A stretch of 64,000 nt of DNA from Candidatus Kapaibacterium sp. (GTDB taxonomy: Bacteria > Patescibacteriota > Patescibacteriia > UBA9934). Position 1 is the stretch's first letter, and each line of letters starts with the position of its first letter. Where the stretch lies: positions 114,295 to 178,294 of the forward strand of contig JBILHA010000002.1 in assembly GCA_044350705.1 (NCBI GenBank), in the 5' to 3' direction. Positions 30,648 to 39,884 of the stretch are shown here, one piece after another. Below the pieces are notes generated by a model. That model ran no database searches, was not told where the DNA came from, and saw only the letters and a program-made list of their open reading frames with translations. The translations under genes were made by a program, and so were the position numbers.

Positions 30648-32108
30648 ATGGAGCTCGTTCCCGTTATTGGTTTAGAAACACATATTCAGCTCAAAACTGC
30701 TTCAAAGCTCTTCTGTCGATGCATCTCTGGAGCTGAGGATTCTGCGAATGCCCACACCTGCCCTATTTGTTTAGGCCACCCGGGCACACTCCCCCAACTC
30801 AATGCCGAGGCACTTCGTTTTTCCCTTTTATTGAGTCTTGCACTCCAGGGAACACTGGCCACTCATTCCAAATTTGATCGCAAACACTACCTCTATCCGG
30901 ATCTCCCCAAGGGCTATCAAATTTCTCAGTTTGATAAGCCAATCATGGAGAATGGAATGCTTTCACTTGAAGACGATCAAGGGACTCCTTTTTCTATTCG
31001 CATTGAACGCCTCCATCTTGAAGAAGATGCCGGAAAGAATATTCATGATCCCTCCGGAGTCACGTATGTCGACTTTTCCCGAGGAGGTACCCCTTTGTGT
31101 GAGATAGTCACCAAACCAGACTTTACGAGCGCTTCTCAAGCAAAACACTATTTGCAAGAGCTCCGGCTCATTGTGCGTACCCTTGGAGTATCTGATGGCG
31201 ACATGGAACGGGGACACCTCCGTTGTGACGTGAATATTTCTCTTCGCGAAAAACTTCCAGGAGGCTCTTTGGGCCCCCTCATGCCAAAGACCGAAGTAAA
31301 AAATATCAATTCTTTCCGCGCCGTTGAACGCGCCATTTTGTTTGAAATCGAGCGGCAAACTCAGCTTTGGAAAGCGGGAACTCCTCCCGAGATCACTACT
31401 ACCCGCAGCTGGAATGACGAAACCGGCGAAACCGATCTCCGCCGTGAAAAAGAATCTTCCGCTGACTACCGCTATTTCCCCGAGCCGGATATTCCTCCTC
31501 TTGAGCTTTCTGCGCACATCAACGCGCTCCAAGGCCTCTTACCTGAGCTTCCCCGTGAGAAGCGCCTGCGCTTTACCCGGGATCTCGGCATGAAGCCGCA
31601 GGATGCCGCAGCCCTTGTGGAGCGCATTGAACTTGCCCGCCTTGTTGACGCCACGCTTCCCTTTCTCGCAAATGCTCCAGTATCTCTTCAAGAAAAGCTT
31701 TCTTCCCTTCTTCCTTCCTGGACGCTAAGCAAGCTCCTGAGCATCCTTGATGAAGAAAAAATTTCCCTTGAACAAAGTAAACTTACCCCGGAACGATTCA
31801 CTCATCTTCTTATCGCCCTTGCAGAACAGCGCATTACCCCCGCAAAAGGCAAGGAAGTTCTTCACCGACTGGTGATCAGCGACGATACCTATGAGGCAGC
31901 GGTCCTTGCGGTTGGCGCAGGCGTCACTGATAGCGATACCTTGGAACGTACCATTGACGAAGTGCTCGGCGAGCACCCGCAAGAGCTTGAGCGCTATCGC
32001 GCCGGCGAAACGAAGCTTCTCGCCTTCTTCCTCGGTCAAGTCATGAAAAAGACCGGGGGAAATGCGAATGCCGCAGAAACCAAATCTCTCCTTCTTGGCA
32101 AACTTTAA
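30648..32108 (+). CDS. gatB: Asp/Glu-tRNA amidotransferase subunit B
   Basis: IGLETHIQL, YPDLPKGYQISQ, RCDVNIS, YRYFPEPD. Confidence 0.97.
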   Translation: MELVPVIGLETHIQLKTASKLFCRCISGAEDSANAHTCPICLGHPGTLPQLNAEALRFSLLLSLALQGTLATHSKFDRKHYLYPDLPKGYQISQFDKPIMENGMLSLEDDQGTPFSIRIERLHLEEDAGKNIHDPSGVTYVDFSRGGTPLCEIVTKPDFTSASQAKHYLQELRLIVRTLGVSDGDMERGHLRCDVNISLREKLPGGSLGPLMPKTEVKNINSFRAVERAILFEIERQTQLWKAGTPPEITTTRSWNDETGETDLRREKESSADYRYFPEPDIPPLELSAHINALQGLLPELPREKRLRFTRDLGMKPQDAAALVERIELARLVDATLPFLANAPVSLQEKLSSLLPSWTLSKLLSILDEEKISLEQSKLTPERFTHLLIALAEQRITPAKGKEVLHRLVISDDTYEAAVLAVGAGVTDSDTLERTIDEVLGEHPQELERYRAGETKLLAFFLGQVMKKTGGNANAAETKSLLLGKL

Positions 32109-32142
32109 AAAACACCCGATGCACTAGTGCATCGGGTGTTTT
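32108..32142. terminator. Bidirectional terminator between gatB and miaA
   Basis: AAAAACACCCGATGCAC-TA-GTGCATCGGGTGTTTTT. Confidence 0.8.
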
Positions 32143-33095
32143 TCTTTTTGCCATGCGGCGACTTTTTCCAATGCCTCGCTCGTTGTTTTCACCCACTGAA
32201 TACGATCATCTCGCTGGAACCAGGTCATCTGCCGCTTCGCATACTGCCGCGTATCTTGCTTTATGCGTATCACCGCTTCTCTGAGCGGCATCTTTCCCTG
32301 CAAAAAAGCAACGATCTGTCGATAGCCGATTCCGGTCATTCCGGGTGCTTCGTCGCCATATTTTTCCCGCAAATGGCGTATTTCGTCTACGAGTCCTTCG
32401 GCAATCATCGCATCTACTCGTGCATCAATACGCTCGTAGAGTGCTTCTCGGGGAACATCGACTCCTAACATGCACACGCTATAAATCGGCTCTTCTCTTT
32501 TTTGCACCTCTGCAAGACGCCTCCCGGTTGCCCGGAGAATTTCTATTGCGCGCTCAAGACGTCTCCTATTCTTCGCATCGATGCGCTCAGCGGTATCCGG
32601 GTCACGTTCCGCAATTTCTTCAAGGAGCTCTTCATTGGACTTTATTGCGAGCTCAAGGCGCAGCGCAGGATCTGGTGGCACCTCCGCAAACGATGGGCGA
32701 TCAACTACCGCGGCCACATAAAGCCCCGTTCCCCCTACCAGGATAGGAAGATTTCCCCGCTCTTGGATCTCTTTTATTTTCTTGTCCGCATATCCTTGAT
32801 ACTCGGATGCAGTGAAAGGCTCTTCAGGCGTTCGCATATTCAAGCCCCAGTGGGGGACCCCCTGATGCATGAGCGGCTTTTCCCTAAACAACTGCGTCTT
32901 GAGATCGTCAGACCAATTCTCCCCCTCCTCCTTATCCTGCTCGGGTTTTGCAGTCCCAATATCCATTTCTTTGTAAATGGTTCGTGAATCTGCAGCAATA
33001 ATTTCACCCGAAAATGCCCGCGCGAGTGCAATGCTCATCGCGGTTTTTCCAGAGGCTGTTGGCCCAACAAGGGCTACGAGAGGAGAAAGCGGCAT
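32124..33095 (-). CDS. miaA: tRNA dimethylallyltransferase
   Basis: GPTASGKT, DIGTAKP, GGTGLY, YAKRQMTW. Confidence 0.97.
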   Translation of the reverse strand: MPLSPLVALVGPTASGKTAMSIALARAFSGEIIAADSRTIYKEMDIGTAKPEQDKEEGENWSDDLKTQLFREKPLMHQGVPHWGLNMRTPEEPFTASEYQGYADKKIKEIQERGNLPILVGGTGLYVAAVVDRPSFAEVPPDPALRLELAIKSNEELLEEIAERDPDTAERIDAKNRRRLERAIEILRATGRRLAEVQKREEPIYSVCMLGVDVPREALYERIDARVDAMIAEGLVDEIRHLREKYGDEAPGMTGIGYRQIVAFLQGKMPLREAVIRIKQDTRQYAKRQMTWFQRDDRIQWVKTTSEALEKVAAWQKEKHPMH

Positions 33096-33163
33096 ATGTG
33101 GACTCTCCCTATTTTACACGCTTTTGTGGTCTATAATAAATTCCAAATTCATTTCTTTTTTCT

Positions 33164-35179
33164 ATGGTAGAAATTCCTCGCATTCCCCATCCTAAAGCTC
33201 TCAAAGTAGAGCTTACACCTTCCATTCCCCCTGTTCCTGGTCTCAATGACCCTACTGATGCTCCTGATCCTGGAAACCCCGAACTTCTTGCACGCCTGAG
33301 AAAAGGTCAGGAGGCCGAGGCGCGAAGAAGAGCCGCTGAAGGTCCGGACGACATTGCTCCGGAGGATATGGAGGAAATTTCCGGAGATCCCGAAGAAGCT
33401 CTTGAAGAAATTCCCCCCGAAAATATTGAGCCTCTCGAAGATGAGCCGATTCTTTCCGAAACGAAGGAGACGTGGGGAGCAAAAGAAACGTATGAATCTC
33501 TGAAAGATGCAGAGAATGTTTTTGCCGAAAATCTCCGCGAAGCTCATGCGGCGGAAATGAAGGCGGCGAAGCTCATGAGCAAAGCTGCGCGCACCCTCGG
33601 AGACACCATGCAAGGTGCACGAGATCTCTTCATTGAAACACCTCGCTCACTTCTCAACTTCCTCGTCGAGGAAGGCAATGATTTTGCTCATGATCTTTCC
33701 GATACCGTTCTGGGAACTCAGGCTACCGATAAACTCAAAGGCTTCTGGGGAAATATTTTTGGCAAAAAGAATGCAGCGATTCGTGGTGAAGCTGAACAGC
33801 ACAAAGGCGTACGTGAAATACCTAGCATTGCAAAAGCGAGTTTTAAAGATTTTCCACAAGCGCTCTGGAAGAGTGTTTCCGAGATGCCTGGAACAATGGC
33901 ACAAGCATTAGATAACTGGGCCGGACCTGATGCGGTTGCCGCATACGATCAGCTTGGCCTAGATATCGAGGAAAAGGCATACGAAGACCGCAATAAAGTC
34001 TTTGCAGGAATCGAGCAGGAAGAAAAAGCTCTTCGTTCACAAGGATTAAGCGAGGGCGATCTTCAGGCAGCACTTGAACGCCTTCAAGATAAAAAGGACA
34101 TGGCAGATGCAGACTACGAAGATCAGGTAACAAGGGCCGCTGATCTCTCTCCGAGCGTTGCCGCAACGCGTGGAAAAACGAAGGCTGGACGCGCAGTATC
34201 CAAGGCAATCGCCGTCACTGGTATGGCTGCAAAGGGTGCTGCCTGGTGGGCGCTTCGAGGCATTCCCAAGGTACTCATGGTATTCCCGAAGCCTGCTGCA
34301 GATTATCTTGCCATGGATGGACTGGTGAGTGAAATGGCGGGTGATTTAGCAAAAGGTATCCGTCAGGAACGCAGAAAAAGGTACGAGGAAAAGAATCCCG
34401 GCGTTCCGCTCTCTCGCGATGTCTCGGCGACCTGGAAGCCAAGCGAACAAGCTATGGGCGTTATGGAAGGATTGGGTGATTGGATTGCGAGCAAGGCAGA
34501 GCGTTTGCGCGAAGCTCGAGACGAGCATACAGATACGCTTCGTGGCGAGGCGAAACTTGCCGCGCAGCGCGAGGCAAACATCTATCAAGATGCCATCTCA
34601 AAGCGTATTGAATCCCTCACAGAGAAAACAAAACTTTCCAACGAGGATCGAGGTGAAATCGCTTACCTCATGGCAAAACTCGCTCGTGTCCGCCAGGGAC
34701 TTGCGGGTGCAGAGGAACTTGAAGCTGCCCATAAGCGTGCTGAAGCTCTTGCTCAGCAAGCGGAGGATGACATGAAAATGCTCATGGGCTACCTCGCGGG
34801 AAAAACGATCAACACCCTTCGCAGTCTTGATATCATGAAGGGCCGCGATGGAAAACAGATTATTGAAGCACTTCAAACTGATCCTAGCCCAGAAAACATT
34901 CGTACCGCCGAAGCGCTTGTGCACATGCACATTTATCATGAACTTGAAGCCGCAAGTCAGAACCTCCTCTCTCCTGAGCAGATTACGCAACTTCAGGATG
35001 CACATACGGTTCTCCGTGAAAATGCACAGCGCGCCACTGATGCTTATAAAGACAGTCTTGCAATCATTAGTGCTGATATCGTAAAGCAACTCAAGGCAGC
35101 GAACGTTGACATCAAGAAGGCTGCCGTACAAGCCGAAGCAGCACATGAAGAAGAGCAATTTGCTCAAGCTGCAAAATAA
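33164..35179 (+). CDS. Large helical hypothetical protein (671 aa)
   Basis: Long ORF; Pro/acidic N-terminus and an Ala/Glu/Lys-rich, coiled-coil-like body. Confidence 0.8.
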   Translation: MVEIPRIPHPKALKVELTPSIPPVPGLNDPTDAPDPGNPELLARLRKGQEAEARRRAAEGPDDIAPEDMEEISGDPEEALEEIPPENIEPLEDEPILSETKETWGAKETYESLKDAENVFAENLREAHAAEMKAAKLMSKAARTLGDTMQGARDLFIETPRSLLNFLVEEGNDFAHDLSDTVLGTQATDKLKGFWGNIFGKKNAAIRGEAEQHKGVREIPSIAKASFKDFPQALWKSVSEMPGTMAQALDNWAGPDAVAAYDQLGLDIEEKAYEDRNKVFAGIEQEEKALRSQGLSEGDLQAALERLQDKKDMADADYEDQVTRAADLSPSVAATRGKTKAGRAVSKAIAVTGMAAKGAAWWALRGIPKVLMVFPKPAADYLAMDGLVSEMAGDLAKGIRQERRKRYEEKNPGVPLSRDVSATWKPSEQAMGVMEGLGDWIASKAERLREARDEHTDTLRGEAKLAAQREANIYQDAISKRIESLTEKTKLSNEDRGEIAYLMAKLARVRQGLAGAEELEAAHKRAEALAQQAEDDMKMLMGYLAGKTINTLRSLDIMKGRDGKQIIEALQTDPSPENIRTAEALVHMHIYHELEAASQNLLSPEQITQLQDAHTVLRENAQRATDAYKDSLAIISADIVKQLKAANVDIKKAAVQAEAAHEEEQFAQAAK

Positions 35180-35267
35180 GAACATCCTCTCTGCCATGCA
35201 GAGAGGATTTCTTTTTGTGGATATGTTGCTATATTTTTCTTCCAGAAGCTTTATACATACTCTTACT

Positions 35268-35567
35268 ATGTCTTCTTTTTTCAGCCGCTTCTTTCAAGGG
35301 GATTCGGATACCGAAAAACCTCTTGAGTCACTTTGGACGCGCCTTCAGCGGCATCATAAGCGCATGAGCGGTTATGAGGAACCAGAAGAGGAGGTTACCC
35401 TAGAAGAGCAGGTCGTTCCTGCTCCCCTTCAAGAGGCTGATGATATTACTGATGATCTCTATGAAGAAACCACCGACCCCTTTGCTGCTCCTGGCTTTGA
35501 TACCGATGAAATTATCAATTCTGATTTCGAGCGCAAAGGTCCACACCAGGTTATAAACATGGACTAG
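35268..35567 (+). CDS. Small acidic hypothetical protein
   Basis: MSSFFSRFF start, acidic C-terminal half, followed by a terminator. Confidence 0.6.
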   Translation: MSSFFSRFFQGDSDTEKPLESLWTRLQRHHKRMSGYEEPEEEVTLEEQVVPAPLQEADDITDDLYEETTDPFAAPGFDTDEIINSDFERKGPHQVINMD

Positions 35568-35608
35568 AGCGAATATAAAAACTCCCAGAATGCCTGGGAG
35601 TTTTTATA

Positions 35609-37348
35609 TTACATGGGGATACGCGCTTGTTCTTGCGCTTTTGTTATAAGCTCTTGGCGTGCAATGACCAACTGCTCTTCGCTTCCAAAGACCTTTACCA
35701 TTACGTCTCCCCCTTCTGCTTCTTTTGCACCTACAACGATTGTCCAAGGTACTTTTTGAGATGCCGCCTCTCGAACTTTTTTCCCAACTTTTTCGGCGCT
35801 GTCATCTACTTTTACTCGAATACCTACCGTTTTCAATTCTTGTGCTATTTGCTTTGCTGCAGGAATGTAGTCATCGGAAACCGATGCAATGCGCACCTGC
35901 TCTGGTGCGAGCCAGAATGGAAATACTCCTGCAAGGTGCTCAATGATTACCGACGAGAATCGCTCGATAGATCCCATGATTGCGCAGTGAATCATGAGAA
36001 TGCCTTCTTTCTCGCCTTTTTCATTTACACAGGTAAGGCCGAAGTTTTTTGGCTGGTTGAAGTCGAGCTGAATAGTTGCCACTTGGTGCATACGACCGAT
36101 AGAATCCTTGGCCATGAAGTCGATTTTTGGCCCGTAGAATGCCGCTTCGCCTACGCCATCTGTCCACTCAACCCCCTTTTCATTAAGAATATCGCGCAGT
36201 GCACCTTCCGCCTTCTCCCAGTCTTCTTCAGCACCAAGATACTTTTCTGCTTTTTCGGGATCACGGCGAGAAAGACGTGGCTTGAGTGAGAAGCCGAAAG
36301 CTCCATAAAACTTCTGAATAATATTCCACACGATTTCTGCCTCTTCGCGAACTTGTGAAACGCGGCAGAATACGTGCGCATCATCTTGCGTAATAGAAAG
36401 TACGCGAGAAAGGCCTGAGAGCTCACCAGACTGTTCATCGCGGTAGACCATGGTCGTCTCTGCGTATCGCACGGGGAGATCGCGGTATGAGCGCTGTTCG
36501 CTTGCGTAAATTTGCGTGTGGTGCGGGCAGTTCATGGGCTTCATTGCGAAAACATGCCCTTCGCGTGTTTCAATTTTAAAGAGATCTTCTGCGTATTTCG
36601 CCCAGTGCCCCGAAGTTTCGTAGAGATCTTTTTTGGTAATGTGTGGAATTGCAACTCGTTCGTATCCGTATTGCTTTCGCAAATCCCACACAAATTGATT
36701 TAATACTTCGCGAATAACGGTACCTTTTGGTGTCCAGAGCGGGAGACCTGGACCCACAAGATCGGAGAATACAAAAAGTCCGAGCTCTTTTCCGAGCTTG
36801 CGGTGATCACGCTTTTTCGCTTCTTCAAGCATTGCAAGATGCGCATCACGTTCTGCTTTTGTCGTAAATGCAATACCGTAAATTCGCGTCAGCTGATCAT
36901 TCTTTTCATCACCGCGCCAGTATGCACCCGCAACCTTGGTCAACGTAAAGCATTCTGGATCGAGATCGGCAAGACCCTCTGCGTGCCCTCCACGGCACAG
37001 ATCGGTAAAAGCGCCCGACGTGTAGAGCGTGAGGCCCTGCCCTTCTCCTCCAAATTCTTCGATGAGTTCAAGTTTGTACTTGTTATCCGCGAATGCTTCG
37101 CGAGCTTCATGTACGCTCACTTCCTTTCTTGAGAATTCCTTCCATGTCTTCATGATTTCTCGCATTTTCTTTTCGATTGCAGGAAGATCTTCTTCTGAAA
37201 ATGGCTGTGAGAATTTGAAATCGTAATAGAAACCGTCATCGATTGCCGGACCAATGGTACGCTTTGCATCAGGATAGATTTCGAGCACTGCTGCAGCAAG
37301 AAGATGTGCGAGCGAGTGGCGGAGATGTTGGAGTTCTTCAGGATTCAT
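35609..37348 (-). CDS. thrS: Threonine--tRNA ligase
   Basis: RHSLAH, DLCRGGH, RDHRKLG, KPMNCP, AFYGPKID. Confidence 0.98.
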   Translation of the reverse strand: MNPEELQHLRHSLAHLLAAAVLEIYPDAKRTIGPAIDDGFYYDFKFSQPFSEEDLPAIEKKMREIMKTWKEFSRKEVSVHEAREAFADNKYKLELIEEFGGEGQGLTLYTSGAFTDLCRGGHAEGLADLDPECFTLTKVAGAYWRGDEKNDQLTRIYGIAFTTKAERDAHLAMLEEAKKRDHRKLGKELGLFVFSDLVGPGLPLWTPKGTVIREVLNQFVWDLRKQYGYERVAIPHITKKDLYETSGHWAKYAEDLFKIETREGHVFAMKPMNCPHHTQIYASEQRSYRDLPVRYAETTMVYRDEQSGELSGLSRVLSITQDDAHVFCRVSQVREEAEIVWNIIQKFYGAFGFSLKPRLSRRDPEKAEKYLGAEEDWEKAEGALRDILNEKGVEWTDGVGEAAFYGPKIDFMAKDSIGRMHQVATIQLDFNQPKNFGLTCVNEKGEKEGILMIHCAIMGSIERFSSVIIEHLAGVFPFWLAPEQVRIASVSDDYIPAAKQIAQELKTVGIRVKVDDSAEKVGKKVREAASQKVPWTIVVGAKEAEGGDVMVKVFGSEEQLVIARQELITKAQEQARIPM

Positions 37349-37784
37349 ATAAGGGTTAGGTGGTTAAGTGGTGAATATGGTTAAGGTGGTTATGTAATGT
37401 TCTCAATTTTTTTTCGTAATCCTACAAGGGTGAAGTAAATAGTTTTTTGTAACTTTTCGATTTCTTCCATTTCTTCACTCGATACGTAACCAAGATTTAT
37501 TCCTATCTTCATAGCCGCATCAGTTTCTACTAATGAACCTATGCTTATTTTAATAAATCTTGCGTACTCTTTTGAACTTCTTCGCGCACTTCCCTCTGCG
37601 ATATTTAAGAGAATTGACGTTGCAGATCTTCTTACCTGAGAAGCAAGACCATACTTTTCTTCTGATGGAAACTTTTTTGTCACTTTGTATATTTCAGAGA
37701 TAAACGCATGAATCTCTTTTACGATTAAGAGATTTTCATAATGAAATTTCATACATTTAACCATTTAACCATCTTAACCTTATA
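37348..37784 (-). mobile_element. IVS-like cassette: four-helix-bundle gene flanked by periodic inverted repeats
   Basis: Arms TATAAGGGTTAGGTGGTTAAGTGG... (37348-37392) and ...TTAACCATTTAACCATCTTAACCTTATA (37757-37784); AT-rich cargo. Confidence 0.55.
37390..37752 (-). CDS. Four helix bundle protein (23S rRNA IVS protein family)
   Basis: FP.EEKYGL.SQ.RRS..S...NIAEG and GSL.E motifs. Confidence 0.93.
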   Translation of the reverse strand: MKFHYENLLIVKEIHAFISEIYKVTKKFPSEEKYGLASQVRRSATSILLNIAEGSARRSSKEYARFIKISIGSLVETDAAMKIGINLGYVSSEEMEEIEKLQKTIYFTLVGLRKKIENIT

Positions 37785-37787
37785 AAC

Positions 37788-37950
37788 AAAAAACCCAATG
37801 CGCCACGATGGTGACTACATTGGGCTCCGGGCACTGGTCCGGAGGGTTCCACCCAACTTCCCATGAGAAGTAAAAGCACTTCTTTTTGGGCACTTTTCTT
37901 TCTTTTTCTTCACGCTCGTGGGGCGGTACTCCCAGTCAGCGCTATGAATT
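37788..37950 (-). promoter_or_regulatory. T-box riboswitch (Thr), transcriptional, compact
   Basis: Antiterminator TTGGG-TGGAACC-CTCCGG...CCGGAG-CCCAA; overlapping terminator CCCAATG...CATTGGG-TTTTTT; stem III; short stem I with GA motif and ACC; TTGCAC-17-TATGCT promoter at 37957-37985. Confidence 0.88.
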
Positions 37951-38047
37951 GGTTTTAGCATACAAGAGCCTTTTTTATTGTGCAAGATATCCTTTCTTTT
38001 TTCTCATATCTCTTCTATATTCCTCTCGTTTACTCTTTTCTTTTTCT

Positions 38048-38641
38048 ATGAAACATCTTTCGTTTCTTCTTGTAGCGCTTGTCTTTGTTGGCGCCGGATG
38101 CACCTCTTCAGCAGAACCTAGCGCTATGGAGCAAGATACCGCTCCTGTTGCCCAGGATACGCCATCCTCTTCCATTCCTGCTGATTGGAAAAAGGAAACT
38201 TCCCTTACCGGCATCACCTTCGCCTACCCCCAAGATATGAAATTTACTCTTGGTGGCAGTACTCCTACCGGCTCGTATAGCCAAGTTGACAAGGGCTACC
38301 AAATGATTGTTGGCATTAAAAATCACGCACTCAAAATGTGCTCCACCGGAATTTCTTCCTGTGCTCCAAACGATCTCTCACCCGCAACTCCTGATGAGGT
38401 ATATGCGCAGATTCTTAAGGAGTATTCCGAAGGGGAAAACTACGTCGCCCAGGGGGAAGTCACTCTTGGCAACACCACTGCGCAGTCATTCTTGTTCTCC
38501 TATGAAAAAGGCGGCGTTCAACAAACACTTCTTCTCTTCAAAGGAAAAGAAGGCGTCTACACGCTCAATCGCTACCTCAACAATCCTCAAAACGATACTG
38601 TTTTCTCCGAAATTCTTTCAACCTTTTCAGTTGAACTCTAG
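38048..38641 (+). CDS. Lipoprotein (PsbP-like fold possible)
   Basis: Lipobox VFVGAG-C; W....GITFAYP; C-terminal ILSTF. Confidence 0.75.
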   Translation: MKHLSFLLVALVFVGAGCTSSAEPSAMEQDTAPVAQDTPSSSIPADWKKETSLTGITFAYPQDMKFTLGGSTPTGSYSQVDKGYQMIVGIKNHALKMCSTGISSCAPNDLSPATPDEVYAQILKEYSEGENYVAQGEVTLGNTTAQSFLFSYEKGGVQQTLLLFKGKEGVYTLNRYLNNPQNDTVFSEILSTFSVEL

Positions 38642-38671
38642 TGTTTCATCTTCATCAATCAAAAACACCCG

Positions 38672-39856
38672 TTACGGGGTGTTTTTGATTTCATCTTCTT
38701 CGGCGACTTTGATGTTTATTTCAATGTGGTCTTTCAGTGTTGGGATGCGCTGGAGCCAGAAAGGAGTGAACGTGATGGAAACATCTGAAATCGCGTCCGA
38801 TGCACGAAGGAGGGTGAAAACCTCATTTGGCGCACGACCAAGGAAGCGATCTTTGGAAAGCGTGGGGGCATCACCCGAAATTACCGCCGTGCCATCAAGG
38901 TATACGGAGAGCTCTGCTTCGCCCGTTGTATAATCCGCAGATTCTACGGTGGTTTGTACACCTTGCTCGTTCACGCTATGGAGAATGAATCCTTCGGGAA
39001 CGCGCTTTTGCAGCAATGATCGTGCGTAGGAAGAAACGAGCGCGCTATCGTAGTAGACGCCTGTTACTCGCGCGGATATCGTGAGAGAAAATGTTCCGGT
39101 TTCCGTTCCCACAGGCACATCCGTGGTCACTGCCGTTTCTTCTACGTCATACGTTCCCTGTGCCGCGAGAGCGGAGTCGAGCCCGGCAGAAAGGGTGAGC
39201 TTTGCTTCGTTGAGGATATCGGTCAGGAGTGCGGTTTTCGCGTCAGCCACATCTGCCTCCGTCAGCGTTCTCACGTATTGCACCCCTCCGGTTATTGCAT
39301 CTGCAGAAGTGCCGTAGATTTTATCTTGCAGCGATGGGGCGAGGCCAGGAATGGTAAAGGTAGTTGGGCCGATGTCTCCCGATGATCCCGATTGGTCTGC
39401 CGTAATACGTGCACTCACCTGTCCATTTGCGGGAACCGTGATTCCCGCGTCAAGGCGGAAGAGCACCCCATTTTCTGCGAGGAAACGTGTGGTTGCGACG
39501 AGGGGCTGTGCAGATCCTGTGTTATTTATGATCGTGATCATGCCCGATGCCTTCGCCTCTACGGCTCGCGCCCCTTCTTGAGGGAGCGCAAAAATGCGTG
39601 CTTTTGTTACCGTCGTTTGCCCTACTGATCCTGCAATTTCCCCTTCCGCCCTCGGCTCTTTTACCACGGAAAGAGAGGCGTTCGTGGCAACGACAGCGGG
39701 CTTTGCCACGACGCGTATCGTCGCTCGTGATACCGAAAGATACACGACCGCAAGCAGCATGAGAAAGGTTATTCCTACAAATCCCAATGCGATGCGTTGA
39801 TATACGCGCAAAGAACGCGATAGAGGTCTATGAAGCGAGGGAGAAGTATGTGCCAT
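38672..39856 (-). CDS. Membrane-anchored baseplate-J-like domain protein (CPR type)
   Basis: One TM; ASGMITIIN...QPLVATTRF...GVLFRL...TVP...ITGG. Confidence 0.7.
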   Translation of the reverse strand: MAHTSPSLHRPLSRSLRVYQRIALGFVGITFLMLLAVVYLSVSRATIRVVAKPAVVATNASLSVVKEPRAEGEIAGSVGQTTVTKARIFALPQEGARAVEAKASGMITIINNTGSAQPLVATTRFLAENGVLFRLDAGITVPANGQVSARITADQSGSSGDIGPTTFTIPGLAPSLQDKIYGTSADAITGGVQYVRTLTEADVADAKTALLTDILNEAKLTLSAGLDSALAAQGTYDVEETAVTTDVPVGTETGTFSLTISARVTGVYYDSALVSSYARSLLQKRVPEGFILHSVNEQGVQTTVESADYTTGEAELSVYLDGTAVISGDAPTLSKDRFLGRAPNEVFTLLRASDAISDVSITFTPFWLQRIPTLKDHIEINIKVAEEDEIKNTP

Positions 39857-39884
39857 ACGGATCTTTCCCTCAGTATAACATCCC

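Noticed and set aside
37390-37752. Diversity-generating retroelement (Avd-like gene)
   Set aside because: No reverse transcriptase or TR/VR repeat pair seen in the window
38672-39856. Prophage or contractile injection system
   Set aside because: Single gene among housekeeping genes; no tail, capsid or integrase genes
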